Below are positions 1-8,767 of a stretch of DNA of 64,000 bases, piece after piece. The position numbers and the translations under genes are program-made. The stretch is taken from contig JBKHIY010000009.1 in assembly GCA_046538415.1 (NCBI GenBank), positions 7,642-71,641 on the forward strand. The letters run 5' to 3'. Under the pieces are notes generated by a model. The model worked only from the letters and a program-made list of their open reading frames with translations, made no database searches and was not told the origin of the DNA. The DNA comes from Candidatus Brocadiia bacterium (GTDB lineage Bacteria; Planctomycetota; PUPC01; DSUN01). How positions within the stretch are numbered: the first letter of the stretch is position 1; every line of letters starts with the position of its first letter.

Positions 1-1304
1 ACGATGCGGTCGGCGTCGATGCGGTAGTCGGCCAGCACCTGGTCGAGCGCGGCGAGCACGTCGCCCTCGGCGGCCAGCATGTAGTCGATGCTCCCCCGCC
101 CGTGGGGGGCCACCGTGATCACCCCCTGGACCACGGGCTGGGGATGGCCCTGGTAGGGGCGGTACCAGCCGTGGCCGTGGAGGGTGACGATGAGGGGGAA
201 GGGCCGCTCGCCCGTGTAGTCGCGGGGCACGGCGATCGAGGTGGGCTGGAGCGAGCCGTCGAGCGGCGAGCGCACGGCCTTCAGAAAGCAGCCCCGCTTC
301 GAGGGGAAGGGGTCGTTGCCCGCCAGCAGGGCCTCCAGGTCGGCCCGCAGGGTGCGCGCCGCGCGGCTCACCGCCCGGACCACGCGCGGCGAGACGGTGC
401 GCTCGGAGAGCAGGTGCTGGCGGTAGGCCACCTGGACCCGCAGCCAGCCGAGCTGGCGGGCGTGCGGGCCGTCGATGTGGGCCGCGATCTCGCGGGCCAG
501 GGCGTCGAGCCGCCCCCGGAGGGCCTCCACGGATGGGGCCTGGCGCTGGGCGAGCGAGGCGTAGAGCTCCGCCGTGGCCCTGGCCTGCGCGGCCAGCTCG
601 TCGGTCCACTCCGCGGCCACCAGGGTCGCGGCGAACAGGTGCATCCGGCGGTTGTAAGGGAGGGACAGGGCCTCCAGGGTCTTGGACGGGTCCAGGGGGA
701 TGGCCTGGAGCCACAGCCGGGGCTGGACCTCCTCGCGGACCATCCGCGCGCGGTCGGAGTCCCAGGTGTAGCGGCATTGGGCGTGGAAGGCGGCCCGCTC
801 GCCGAACTTCGCGGCCTGGCACCAGTCGGTGAGGGCCAGCTCGGCCTCCGCCGGGCCCTCCTTGTAGGCCAGCCCCAGGGGCTCGCGGAAGCTGCCGTTC
901 TCCGAGGCCCCCACCAGGTGGAGGCTCTTGTAGCGCCCCGGGGGCACCTGGATGCGCTGGCCGGAGCACGACAGGTTGTTCACCTCGCCCCGCTCCTTGC
1001 TGGGGAACAGGAAGTGGACGCCGGCGAAGGAGAAGCGGGTGCCGGTGGCGGGCAGGTGCTCGGCGGGGAAGACCGAGCCGGGGATGTCGATGGGGTGGTC
1101 GGGGCAATCGAAGTTGCCGTCGGCGCGGTCGCCTCGTCCGGCGATGGCGTCGTTGTCGAACAGCGGCTCGAGGTTCAGCGGCACCTGGCCGCGCACGCCC
1201 CAGGGGGCGGCGGTCTCGCCGCCATATGCCGCCGAGGCGGCCACGAGCAGGCCGGCCAGGACGGCCAGCCGGCCCCGCCGGTGCTGGGGCTGGGGATGGC
1301 TCAC
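1..1304 (-). CDS. secreted alpha/beta-hydrolase-fold protein (esterase/peptidase-like); 3' end runs off the window
   Basis: Not in the ORF track because no stop lies in the window. Manual minus-strand translation from GTG 1304-1302 (GTGA overlap with the upstream stop, GGAGG about 7 nt upstream) stays open to position 1. It reads MSHPQPQHRRGRLAVLAGLLVAASAAYG (signal-like) ... PLIVTLHGHGW ... GRGSIDYMLAAEGDVLAALDQVLADYRIDADRI. That pattern precedes the nucleophile elbow of DLH/S9-type esterases. Confidence 0.55.
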   Translation of the reverse strand, partial: MSHPQPQHRRGRLAVLAGLLVAASAAYGGETAAPWGVRGQVPLNLEPLFDNDAIAGRGDRADGNFDCPDHPIDIPGSVFPAEHLPATGTRFSFAGVHFLFPSKERGEVNNLSCSGQRIQVPPGRYKSLHLVGASENGSFREPLGLAYKEGPAEAELALTDWCQAAKFGERAAFHAQCRYTWDSDRARMVREEVQPRLWLQAIPLDPSKTLEALSLPYNRRMHLFAATLVAAEWTDELAAQARATAELYASLAQRQAPSVEALRGRLDALAREIAAHIDGPHARQLGWLRVQVAYRQHLLSERTVSPRVVRAVSRAARTLRADLEALLAGNDPFPSKRGCFLKAVRSPLDGSLQPTSIAVPRDYTGERPFPLIVTLHGHGWYRPYQGHPQPVVQGVITVAPHGRGSIDYMLAAEGDVLAALDQVLADYRIDADRI

Positions 1305-3229
1305 TTCGCCGCCTCCACCACCGTCTCCAGGGGGCCCAGACGCCGCTCCCAGGGGCCCCCGGTGGGCGGCTCGATGCGCACCGAGCGCGGCTCGGACGCG
1401 GCGTTCACCGCGATCACGTGCCGCTGCCCCCCGTGGTCGAGCACGCGGTAGCGCACCTCGCCCTCCAGGCGGGCGGCCACCTCCCGGCCCTCCAGGAGCG
1501 CGGGGATGAGGCCCCGGACCATGCGGGCGATGGCGCTCGCCTCGCGCCAGCGGCGGTCGAAGAGCTCGGGCGGCGCGGCGGTGCCTTTCTCGAGGCCCTT
1601 GCGGAGGTCGTAGTAGGAGTAGAAGACGAGGCCCTGGGCGCGGTGGATGAGGGCGAGGGCGGCCATGGCCCGCTTCTCGGCGAAGGTCGGCTCGCGGTCC
1701 TGGGGCCTGCCCGTGTAGTTGGCCCAGCGGAAGATCTGGGGCACGCACCACACCGGTTTCGCTGTCGCCATCGCCCGGTGCGCGGTGTCCATCCACTCGC
1801 CCACCATGGTCACGGGGTGGCGGGGCACGGGATAGGGGTCGCAGCCCAGGATGTCGGTGACGGCGTAGTAGCGGTCGAACTCGCCGGGCCGGCACAGCAC
1901 CTGGAAGGCGGGATGGTGGGGGTCCAGGCGGCAGACGAGGCGGTAGGCGGCCCGCAGCTTGGGCAGCCACTCGGGGCCCAGCTCGTCGTTGGTGTACCAG
2001 GCGAGGAGGGCGGGATGGTCGCGCAGGTCGCCCACGGTGCGGCGGACCAGCTCGATGTCGCTCATCCCCTCGCGGCGGGGGTAGTAGCGGGTGCCCTCGT
2101 AGAAGTCCTTGATGGAGTAGATGACCTTGAGCCCGTGCTCCCGGGCGCGGTCGAGGTAGGCCCGCGGCTCCTTCCCCGCGCCGTAGCCGTAGCACAGGAT
2201 GGTGTTGAAGCCCGCCTCGGCGATGCGCGCCAGATGCTCGTCCTCCGTGGGGCCGAGGTAGAGCCCCAGAGGAAAGAAGGGCTCGCCGTCGACCGCCAGC
2301 CGCCGCCGCTCGTCGACCCGCACCTTGCGCTCGAGCGGCATGGCCACGCGCAGGGCCAGCTGCCGCTCGGCCACCGGCCGCCGGGCCGCCAGGCGGACGC
2401 GCAGGGTGTGGGCGCCGAGGGGCAGGGCGGGCAGGCGCCAGGCCATGCGGGCGGGGCCCTCGTCGGGCGGCGCGGGCCGGGGCGGGAAGCGGGCGAGCAG
2501 CCGCCCCGCGGGGTCGCGCAGCTCGGCCTCGAGGTCCAGCCCCTCGGCGGGCAGCGCGTGTTCCCGGCGGTTCAGCCGCACCTGGACGGCGATGGGCTTC
2601 TCGTCGGTCGCCGCCTCCACCGTGGCCCGGTAGGCGGGGCGGACCAGCCGTGCGGAGAAGGCCGGGCCGCGAAGGGCGCGCACCGCGACGTCGTCGAACC
2701 ACGCGGTGCCCACGTTGCCCTTGCGAAGGTAGAGCACCACGTGGGCACGAGCCGCCTCGGGGGGCAGCGGCGGGCTCTCGCCCCCCAGCCGCGCCCACTC
2801 GAACGTGCCCTCCCTGCACTTCGGGTAGTGTCCGCCGAGCCACTTTCCGTCGGCGTCGTGCCACTCGATGCAGATGCCGGCGCCCTGCTGCCAGGCGTCG
2901 CCGTCGTGGACCCCTTCGCCCTTCACCCAGGCGCTCACGCGGTAGCGCACGCCGGGCAGGAGGGGCACGGGGGCGGTGACCAGGCGGTAGGTCTCGGGCT
3001 CGGCGTTGGTGAAGCGGAGGCTGTGCTCGCCCCCGTGGCGCGTCGCGGCGTCCCAGGCGCAGTGGCCCGGAGGCAGGGACCAGCCGTCGGGCTGCCCGTC
3101 GCCGTCGGCGTCGCGCTCGAAGCCCGGGTTGGGGACCAGGTTCCTGCCCCAGTGGTCCTCGGGCACGTCGCGGCCGAGGGCGAGGGGGCTTGCGCACAGG
3201 GCGGCGAGCAGGACGATGGCGAGGCGCAT
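1301..3229 (-). CDS. secreted glycoside hydrolase (clan GH-A-like TIM barrel) with N-terminal CBM4/9-like domain
   Basis: Inner part of ORF 1301..4390. ATG at 3229 gives signal peptide MRLAIVLLAALCASPLALG. NLVPNPGFE..DGW..LRF..VSAWVKG looks like a CBM4_9 jelly roll. FNTILCYGYG ... LLAWYTNDELGP matches the acid/base NE motif. Codons upstream of 3229 are R/P/G-rich and overlap the next gene. Confidence 0.7.
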   Translation of the reverse strand: MRLAIVLLAALCASPLALGRDVPEDHWGRNLVPNPGFERDADGDGQPDGWSLPPGHCAWDAATRHGGEHSLRFTNAEPETYRLVTAPVPLLPGVRYRVSAWVKGEGVHDGDAWQQGAGICIEWHDADGKWLGGHYPKCREGTFEWARLGGESPPLPPEAARAHVVLYLRKGNVGTAWFDDVAVRALRGPAFSARLVRPAYRATVEAATDEKPIAVQVRLNRREHALPAEGLDLEAELRDPAGRLLARFPPRPAPPDEGPARMAWRLPALPLGAHTLRVRLAARRPVAERQLALRVAMPLERKVRVDERRRLAVDGEPFFPLGLYLGPTEDEHLARIAEAGFNTILCYGYGAGKEPRAYLDRAREHGLKVIYSIKDFYEGTRYYPRREGMSDIELVRRTVGDLRDHPALLAWYTNDELGPEWLPKLRAAYRLVCRLDPHHPAFQVLCRPGEFDRYYAVTDILGCDPYPVPRHPVTMVGEWMDTAHRAMATAKPVWCVPQIFRWANYTGRPQDREPTFAEKRAMAALALIHRAQGLVFYSYYDLRKGLEKGTAAPPELFDRRWREASAIARMVRGLIPALLEGREVAARLEGEVRYRVLDHGGQRHVIAVNAASEPRSVRIEPPTGGPWERRLGPLETVVEAAK

Positions 3230-3285
3230 GGGGCTCTCCCGGGGCCAGGGGACCGCAGCGATCCAACCAGCCGCGCGACGCAAAG

Positions 3286-4260
3286 TCAAGCCACGTAGTC
3301 GCGGATGAGGATGACGTTGGCGGGCGGGGTCTCGTAGGGCAGGGCGCCGGTGCCCAGGATGCAGTTGGGCCGTGTGGCGGCGAGGCCCAGGATGCGGTCG
3401 ACCTCGCGGAGGATGGCGGGGCGGTCGCCTTGGGCCACTGTGCGGGGGTCGAGGTTGATGCGCACGCTCACCTGGGGATGGGCGGCGGAGCGGGCGACGA
3501 AGGCCCCCTGGTCGGTCTCGGCGGGGCAGATGACGTAGCTCGTGCCCGTGCTCAGGACGGCATCGAGGATGGGCTCGGTGTCGCCGCCCACCACGCAGGG
3601 CACGGGATGGCCCAGCGCCGCCTCGGCCAGGGCCATGGTCCGCCGCAGCGGGCCCAGCTCGACCTGGCGGAACTGCCGCGGGGAGAGCAGCGGAGGGGCC
3701 GCCGCGGACTCGAAAAACGCCACGTCCAGCCCCGCGTCGGCCACCGCCCGGCAGAACGCGCCCTGGCCCTCGGCCAGCTGCCACAGCCACGCCGACGTGG
3801 CCTCCGGCTCCCGGGCCACGTCCTCCAGCAGCCCCTCGATGCCCCGCAGGCTCACGGCGATGGAGAACGGGCCGCTGAGCGGCACCCGCACGTCGGCCTG
3901 CGGCAGCTCGAGAGCCAGCCGCCGCGCCGCCTGGACGACCATGGGGAGCCGGCCGTCGCGCCGGGGGTCGAAGGGCCGCAGCCCCCGGGCCTCGGCCAGC
4001 GAGCCCACCAGGGGCCGGGTGATGGCGGGCGCGCCGGTGCCGCCGGGCGCGGTGACCCGGGCGCCGTAGGCCTCGGCCTCCAGGTTGTAGATGTCGATGC
4101 CCACCACCACGGGCTCGTGGCGGTAGGCGAGGTAGGCTGCGCGGTGGGCCGCGACCAGCAGCTCGGGCTCGCGGGAGACCTCCCAGGGCGTGCGACCGAC
4201 GAAGCGCGCCGCGTGCTCGTAGACCGACGGGGCGAAGGGGATCTTCACGGGCCACCCCAT
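3286..4260 (-). CDS. uroporphyrinogen-decarboxylase (URO-D/MtaA-like) family protein
   Basis: ORF 3286..4260, 324 aa, unbiased composition, URO-D-like overall pattern. Family call is by eye only. Confidence 0.5.
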   Translation of the reverse strand: MGWPVKIPFAPSVYEHAARFVGRTPWEVSREPELLVAAHRAAYLAYRHEPVVVGIDIYNLEAEAYGARVTAPGGTGAPAITRPLVGSLAEARGLRPFDPRRDGRLPMVVQAARRLALELPQADVRVPLSGPFSIAVSLRGIEGLLEDVAREPEATSAWLWQLAEGQGAFCRAVADAGLDVAFFESAAAPPLLSPRQFRQVELGPLRRTMALAEAALGHPVPCVVGGDTEPILDAVLSTGTSYVICPAETDQGAFVARSAAHPQVSVRINLDPRTVAQGDRPAILREVDRILGLAATRPNCILGTGALPYETPPANVILIRDYVA

Positions 4261-4320
4261 CCAGCGCCGCCAGTCGGAGCGCCGCCCCGCTGACGATGGA
4301 AGAACCAGGAGAAGAGCATC

Positions 4321-4341
4321 TGGATGCTGGATGCTGGATGC
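4321..4341. repeat. heptanucleotide tandem repeat (TGGATGC) x3
   Basis: Direct reading: tggatgc tggatgc tggatgc tgg, in the 158-nt spacer between the AKR stop (4419) and the URO-D-like start (4260). Confidence 0.95.
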
Positions 4342-4366
4342 TGGGGAGTCGGAGCGTTTCCTTCTT

Positions 4367-4408
4367 CATCGAGCATCGAGCATCGAGCATCGAGCATCGA
4401 GCATCGAG
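4367..4408. repeat. heptanucleotide tandem repeat (CATCGAG) x6
   Basis: Direct reading: six perfect copies of catcgag. The unit GCATCGA is a one-mismatch reverse complement of TGGATGC in the neighbouring array. Confidence 0.95.
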
Positions 4409-4418
4409 CGAAGAGGCA

Positions 4419-5564
4419 TCACGAACCGGCGGACTCGAAGGTCTCGGCGACCTCCTGGATGCGGGCCTGGATGTCGATGTCCTGGGGGCACTTGCCGGCG
4501 CACTCGCCGCACTCGACGCAGTGCGATGCGTCGCCCTCGCCGAGCTTGCGATACATCTTCCTGGCCAGCTCGACGAGGCCGTGGACCCTGAGGGTGTTCA
4601 TGGCCGCGAAGTTGCCGGGGATGTCGACCCCGTTGGGGCAGGGCATGCAGTAGCCGCAGCCGGTGCAGTAGAGGTCGAGGAGTTCGCGGTTTTCCCTCTG
4701 GAGTCGGTCGATGGCCTCGAGCTCCTGGTCGGAAAGGGGCTCGGGCCGGGACGCGGCCGCGGCGTTCTCCTCGACCTGCTCGATGCTGTTCATGCCCGAC
4801 ATCGCGGTGGTGACGTGGGGGTTGGCGAGGACGAATCGGATGGCGGCCTCGGGGGTGGAGGAGGCGTCGATGGCCTGGCCGTAGACCTGGGAGGGGTGGA
4901 CCAGGCGCCCGCCGCCCACCGGCCCCATGATGCTCACGCCCATGCCCAGTTCGTGGGCGGTTTCGATGAGCGCCTCGTTCTTGCGGTTCAGGAGGTTGTA
5001 TTGGACGACCATGAAATCGAGCTGGCCGTCGGCCATGTCGATGATCTTCTTGATGTTCTCGGGGCTATCGTGGGAGGAGAAGCCGATGTGGCGGACCAGC
5101 CCCTCCTCCCTGGCCCGCAGGGCCTGGTCGAGGCAGCCGCCCGGGGGCTTGCACACGATGCGGAAGGCGACCAGGGTGGAGTCGTGGAAGAGGTAGAAAT
5201 CGATAGTGTCGGTGCCCAGCCGCTCCAGCTCCTCCTCCAGGCAGCGGCGGTAGAGCTGGCCGGTGGGCTTGTCGCCGGGGATGGGCCAGAACTGGTGGCC
5301 CACGGGATTCTTGGCCGAGATGACCACGTCCTCGCGGTCCACCTCCTGGAGGAACTGGCCGAGGCAGCGCTCGCTGTCGCCGTTGTCGTACATGTAGGCC
5401 GTATCGAAGTAGTTGACCCCCAGCTCGCGCGCCCGGCGGAAGAGGCGGTGCGAGTGGTCGAAATCGATCTTCTTTTTCTCATCGGGCAGCTTCGGCAGAC
5501 GCATGCAGCCGAAGCCCAGGGTGGAGAGCTGGATCTGCGTGTTGCCTGCCTGGCGGTACTCCAT
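4419..5564 (-). CDS. aldo/keto reductase with C-terminal 4Fe-4S ferredoxin-type domain
   Basis: Inner part of ORF 4419..6086. ATG 5564 is preceded by AGGAGGTGCC. The body reads MEYRQAGNTQIQLSTLGFGCMRL...GVNYFDTAYMY (AKR). The C-terminus carries CTGCGYCMPCP and CVECGECAGKCP cluster motifs. Confidence 0.85.
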   Translation of the reverse strand: MEYRQAGNTQIQLSTLGFGCMRLPKLPDEKKKIDFDHSHRLFRRARELGVNYFDTAYMYDNGDSERCLGQFLQEVDREDVVISAKNPVGHQFWPIPGDKPTGQLYRRCLEEELERLGTDTIDFYLFHDSTLVAFRIVCKPPGGCLDQALRAREEGLVRHIGFSSHDSPENIKKIIDMADGQLDFMVVQYNLLNRKNEALIETAHELGMGVSIMGPVGGGRLVHPSQVYGQAIDASSTPEAAIRFVLANPHVTTAMSGMNSIEQVEENAAAASRPEPLSDQELEAIDRLQRENRELLDLYCTGCGYCMPCPNGVDIPGNFAAMNTLRVHGLVELARKMYRKLGEGDASHCVECGECAGKCPQDIDIQARIQEVAETFESAGS

Positions 5565-5658
5565 GGCACCTCCTGTCCTGAGGGAGCGCGTGGACCGGGA
5601 AAGTAGGAGAAGGGACTCGTATTCTACCAGGAGGCCGTGCGGGCGGCAAATGCCCGCC

Positions 5659-5687
5659 TTGACTCGCGCCGCCCGAGGGGATAAGGT
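5659..5687 (+). promoter_or_regulatory. sigma-70-type promoter, TTGACT-17 nt-TAAGGT
   Basis: -35 at 5659-5664, 17-nt spacer, -10 at 5682-5687 (TAnnnT). It lies about 34 nt upstream of the HPP gene start. Confidence 0.5.
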
Positions 5688-5720
5688 CTTGCCCGGACAG
5701 GTCCCCTGAGAGGAGCCGCC

Positions 5721-6224
5721 GTGCGCATCCTGGACGGGAAGTTCCGGCCCCACATGGCCCGCTACGTGCTCCAGTGCCTCCTGGCCACGGTGGCTATCAT
5801 GGTGGTGCTGTTGATCATGGACACCCTGGAGCACACCACGATCATCGCCTCGCTGGGGGCCAGCGCGTTCATCGCCTTCGCCATGCCCGAGGCCCACGTC
5901 TCGGAGAGCCGCTACCTGGTGGGCGGCTACGCCGTGGGCATCGTGGTGGGGGCGTGCTTCGGGCTGCTCTACCGCTGGCCGGCGCTGGCCGACGCGGGGC
6001 TGGAACGCCACGCCGCGGAGATCGTGCTGGGGGGCCTGGCCGTGGGCTGCGCCATCTTCGGGATGGTGATCACCAACACCGAGCATCCTCCCGCGGCGGG
6101 CATTGCCCTGGGCCTGGTGGTCAGCCGCTGGGACGGGGGCACGCTGCTCACCATCTTCGGCGCCATCGTGGCCCTGGCCACCATCCGCTGGCTCCTCCGC
6201 CCCGCGCTCCGCAACCTCCTGTAG
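5721..6224 (+). CDS. HPP-family integral membrane protein
   Basis: ORF 5721..6224 with GTG start after GAGAGGAG. Four hydrophobic segments and the literal NTEHPPAAG HPP motif. Confidence 0.8.
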   Translation: MRILDGKFRPHMARYVLQCLLATVAIMVVLLIMDTLEHTTIIASLGASAFIAFAMPEAHVSESRYLVGGYAVGIVVGACFGLLYRWPALADAGLERHAAEIVLGGLAVGCAIFGMVITNTEHPPAAGIALGLVVSRWDGGTLLTIFGAIVALATIRWLLRPALRNLL

Positions 6225-6373
6225 CCGAATCCCTTACGCCTCGGCGCTGTCAGGAGAAGCCGACAAGCCGTCGGCCACAGCGGACGGAGCGCCGCGGCCC
6301 CCGTCGCTCCCGGGACAGCCGTAAGCCCCAACTAAAACGAAGGTTACGCCATTCCGCCCGTCCCCTCCGCGAC

Positions 6374-6388
6374 CGGCACGGGGTTTGC
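6374..6388 (+). promoter_or_regulatory. sigma-54 (RpoN) -24/-12 promoter motif
   Basis: cGGCAC-ggggt-TTGC (GG-N10-GC), about 130 nt upstream of the PEP-CTERM protein start. Confidence 0.6.
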
Positions 6389-6520
6389 GCCTATCCCCAT
6401 CGGCCGACGCACTGTCGCGCCCCCAACGAGCCCGGCGCGCCCCCCCGGCACGCCGAGGAGCGCCGGCGCGGCGGGGGGGAGAATGCACCCAGGCCGCATT
6501 CACATATGGAGGTCCCGACA

Positions 6521-8620
6521 ATGCTCCGTCGACCTGCAACCCTGTTCACTGCCTTGTGCCTCAGCGCCCTCCTGGCCGGCGCCGCCCAGGCAGGCTGGAT
6601 CGGCACCGACATCCAGCCCGCGGGCTCCACCACCATCGAGTCGGGAGGAGTCGTACGCGTGGTGGGCTGGGGAGCCGACCTGTGGGGCAACAGCGACGGC
6701 TTCCACTATGCCTACATGCCCGCGGCCGGCGACTTCGACGTCAGCATCCACCTCACCGACCTCGTCCGCGCCCCCGACTACTGGACCAAGGCCGGCCTCA
6801 TGCTCCGCGAGGAGCTCACCGCCGACTCCGCCAACGAGCTGGCCATGCTCCACCGCAAGGGCAACAATAACTCCAGCGGACGCGTCCGCCACCAGAACCG
6901 CCCCTCCGCCGGCTCCGGCACCTCGGGAACGGGACCCGTGGACATCAACGCCGAGGACGCCTGGCTCCGCCTCGTCCGCGCCGGCTCCGCCGTCAACAGC
7001 TACTACGCCACCGGCCCCACCCGGCCCACCGACGACACCAGCACCGACGGCTGGACCGAGATGGCCTCCCGCACCCTCGGCTGGGCCGACCCCAGCGCCG
7101 GCTACCTGGGCCTCGCCCTCACCAGCCACAACCCCACTCGCTGGGCGGAGGCCACCTTCCAGGAGTTCCACGACCATCAGCTCGGCGTCGACCTCGACCC
7201 CACCACCCTGCCCATGACCTCCCAGGACTTCTCCCGCTACGCCGCCGGCAACCACACCGAGGCCGGCGGCCAGCTCGTCATCAACGGCGACGGCGCCGAC
7301 ATCTGGGACGAGGGCGACAACTTCTACTACCTCTACCAGGACAGCCCCGTGGACGGCGACTTCAACGCCGTCGTCCGCCTGGTGAGCCAGCAGAGGACCA
7401 ACGGATGGGCCAAGGCCGGCCTCATGGCCCGCCAGGAGGCCACCGGCATCGCCCGCCACGCCCACGTCTCCGCCACCCCCAGCAACGGCGTGACCCTCCA
7501 GTGGCGGAACAACCCCCGGGGCGGCTCCGGCGGCACCGGCCTCGGCGGCTCGCCCGACAGCACCGCCGACGGCTCCGCACCCATCTGGCTGCTGCTCACC
7601 CGCAGGGGCGACACCTTCGCCGCCCGTTGGGCCCCCGACGTGGGCGGCCTGCCCGGCACCTGGTCCAGCGCCATCGACCACACCGTGGGCGGGATGCCCG
7701 ACCAGGCCCTCGTGGGCCTCAACGCCACCAGCCACAATAACGGCACCCTCGGCGAGGCCGTCTTCGACAACTTCATCCTCGGCCTCTGGGAAGCCCGCGG
7801 CGCCCTCGGCGTCGCAGGACCCAAAAACCCCCGCGTGGTGGGCAAGGCCTACGGCGTCGACCCCGACACCGGCACCGTGCTCGGCCCCGCACGCTGGAAG
7901 ATCGAGCGCCTGCGCACCGACACCACCTCGGGCCTCACCATCGAGTGGTTCGAGAACGAAGGCTGGAGCGGCGACCCCGCCTACACCGCCGTGGTGCCTG
8001 ACATCAACCGAGGCGACCAGGACTACCCGGGAACCCCCTGGGGCGGGAACCAGGACCACTTCTCCGTCCGCTACAGCGGCCAGCTCCACATCGCCAGCGA
8101 CGGCCTCTACGCCTTCCGCGAGGAGGTCGACGACCAGGCCATCTTCGACATCGACCTCGACGGCGACGGACTGTTCGAGCCCGGCGACGGCGAGCGCATC
8201 CTGGACAATGGCTCCTGGAGCACCCACACCTCGAACACCGTGGACCTCGCGGCCGGGTGGTACGACATCGAGTTCCGCCAGCGCGAGGGCGGCGGGGGCG
8301 ACTTCTGCCGCCTCCTCTGGGACCCCACCGGCGGCAGCGACTGGGCCGCGGTGCCCGAGGACGTCCTCCGCACCGAGTTCACCAGCGTCGAGGCCCTCCT
8401 CGCCGAAGGCTACCACAACGTGGGCGGCCCCGACGAGGACGGATACTTCGGCGTCTTCCTGGGCGAGCCCGAGGAGTGGCAGCTGCGGCTCACGGTGGAC
8501 TACATGGGCGAGCTGTTCGTGACCGAGGACACCTTCATGGGCGTCCCCGAGCCCGCCACCTGCCTGCTGCTCGGCGGCGGCCTGGCCGCCCTCGTCCGCC
8601 GGCGCCGCCGCAGGGCCTGA
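6521..8620 (+). CDS. secreted PEP-CTERM-anchored protein: two ConA-like (DUF1349-type) domains + PA14 domain
   Basis: Inner part of ORF 5774..8620. ATG 6521 lies 8 nt after GGAGG and gives signal peptide MLRRPATLFTALCLSALLAGAAQA. An internal duplication is visible (GFHYAYMPAAGDFDVSIHL..YWTKAGLMLRE versus NFYYLYQDSPVDGDFNAVVRL..GWAKAGLMARQ). The PA14-like stretch reads FSVRYSGQLHIASDGLYAFREEVDDQAIFDID. The C-terminus is VPEPATCLLLGGGLAALVRRRRRRA. Confidence 0.85.
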   Translation: MLRRPATLFTALCLSALLAGAAQAGWIGTDIQPAGSTTIESGGVVRVVGWGADLWGNSDGFHYAYMPAAGDFDVSIHLTDLVRAPDYWTKAGLMLREELTADSANELAMLHRKGNNNSSGRVRHQNRPSAGSGTSGTGPVDINAEDAWLRLVRAGSAVNSYYATGPTRPTDDTSTDGWTEMASRTLGWADPSAGYLGLALTSHNPTRWAEATFQEFHDHQLGVDLDPTTLPMTSQDFSRYAAGNHTEAGGQLVINGDGADIWDEGDNFYYLYQDSPVDGDFNAVVRLVSQQRTNGWAKAGLMARQEATGIARHAHVSATPSNGVTLQWRNNPRGGSGGTGLGGSPDSTADGSAPIWLLLTRRGDTFAARWAPDVGGLPGTWSSAIDHTVGGMPDQALVGLNATSHNNGTLGEAVFDNFILGLWEARGALGVAGPKNPRVVGKAYGVDPDTGTVLGPARWKIERLRTDTTSGLTIEWFENEGWSGDPAYTAVVPDINRGDQDYPGTPWGGNQDHFSVRYSGQLHIASDGLYAFREEVDDQAIFDIDLDGDGLFEPGDGERILDNGSWSTHTSNTVDLAAGWYDIEFRQREGGGGDFCRLLWDPTGGSDWAAVPEDVLRTEFTSVEALLAEGYHNVGGPDEDGYFGVFLGEPEEWQLRLTVDYMGELFVTEDTFMGVPEPATCLLLGGGLAALVRRRRRRA

Positions 8621-8647
8621 GCCTGCACGACGCACCCGCGCCCACTC

Positions 8648-8678
8648 GGGGCGCCACCCGACTCCCGGGCGGCGCCCC
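8648..8678. terminator. GC-rich hairpin in convergent intergenic region
   Basis: GGGGCGCC (8648-8655) pairs with GGCGCCCC (8671-8678). No clear U-tract. Confidence 0.4.
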
Positions 8679-8716
8679 CTTCATGCCAGCAGCACCAGGA
8701 GGCACAGAGGGGGGGA

Positions 8717-8751
8717 GCCCGGCGCGCCGTCTGGGGCTCGGCGCGCCGGGC
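8717..8751. terminator. 12-bp perfect-stem hairpin in convergent intergenic region
   Basis: GCCCGGCGCGCC (8717-8728) pairs with GGCGCGCCGGGC (8740-8751). Confidence 0.45.
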
Positions 8752-8767
8752 CGGGGCGATGCGCGGC

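Noticed and set aside
3230-4390. N-terminal extensions of track ORFs. Examples: 1301..4390, 4419..6086, 5774..8620, 16303..17613, 17815..19905, 18882..20561, 26859..28718, 28634..30664, 29293..31347, 34839..36602, 53529..54419.
   Set aside because: The extensions are R/P/G-rich and overlap the upstream gene. Internal starts have SD sequences, signal peptides or canonical family N-termini, and often ATGA/GTGA coupling to the preceding stop.
4321-4408. Repeat arrays considered as a possible CRISPR or coding repeat (the IEHRASS repeats in ORF 4296..5606).
   Set aside because: The units are 7 nt with no spacers, so this is not a CRISPR. The ORFs crossing them are antisense, biased in composition, and bounded by two well-supported genes.
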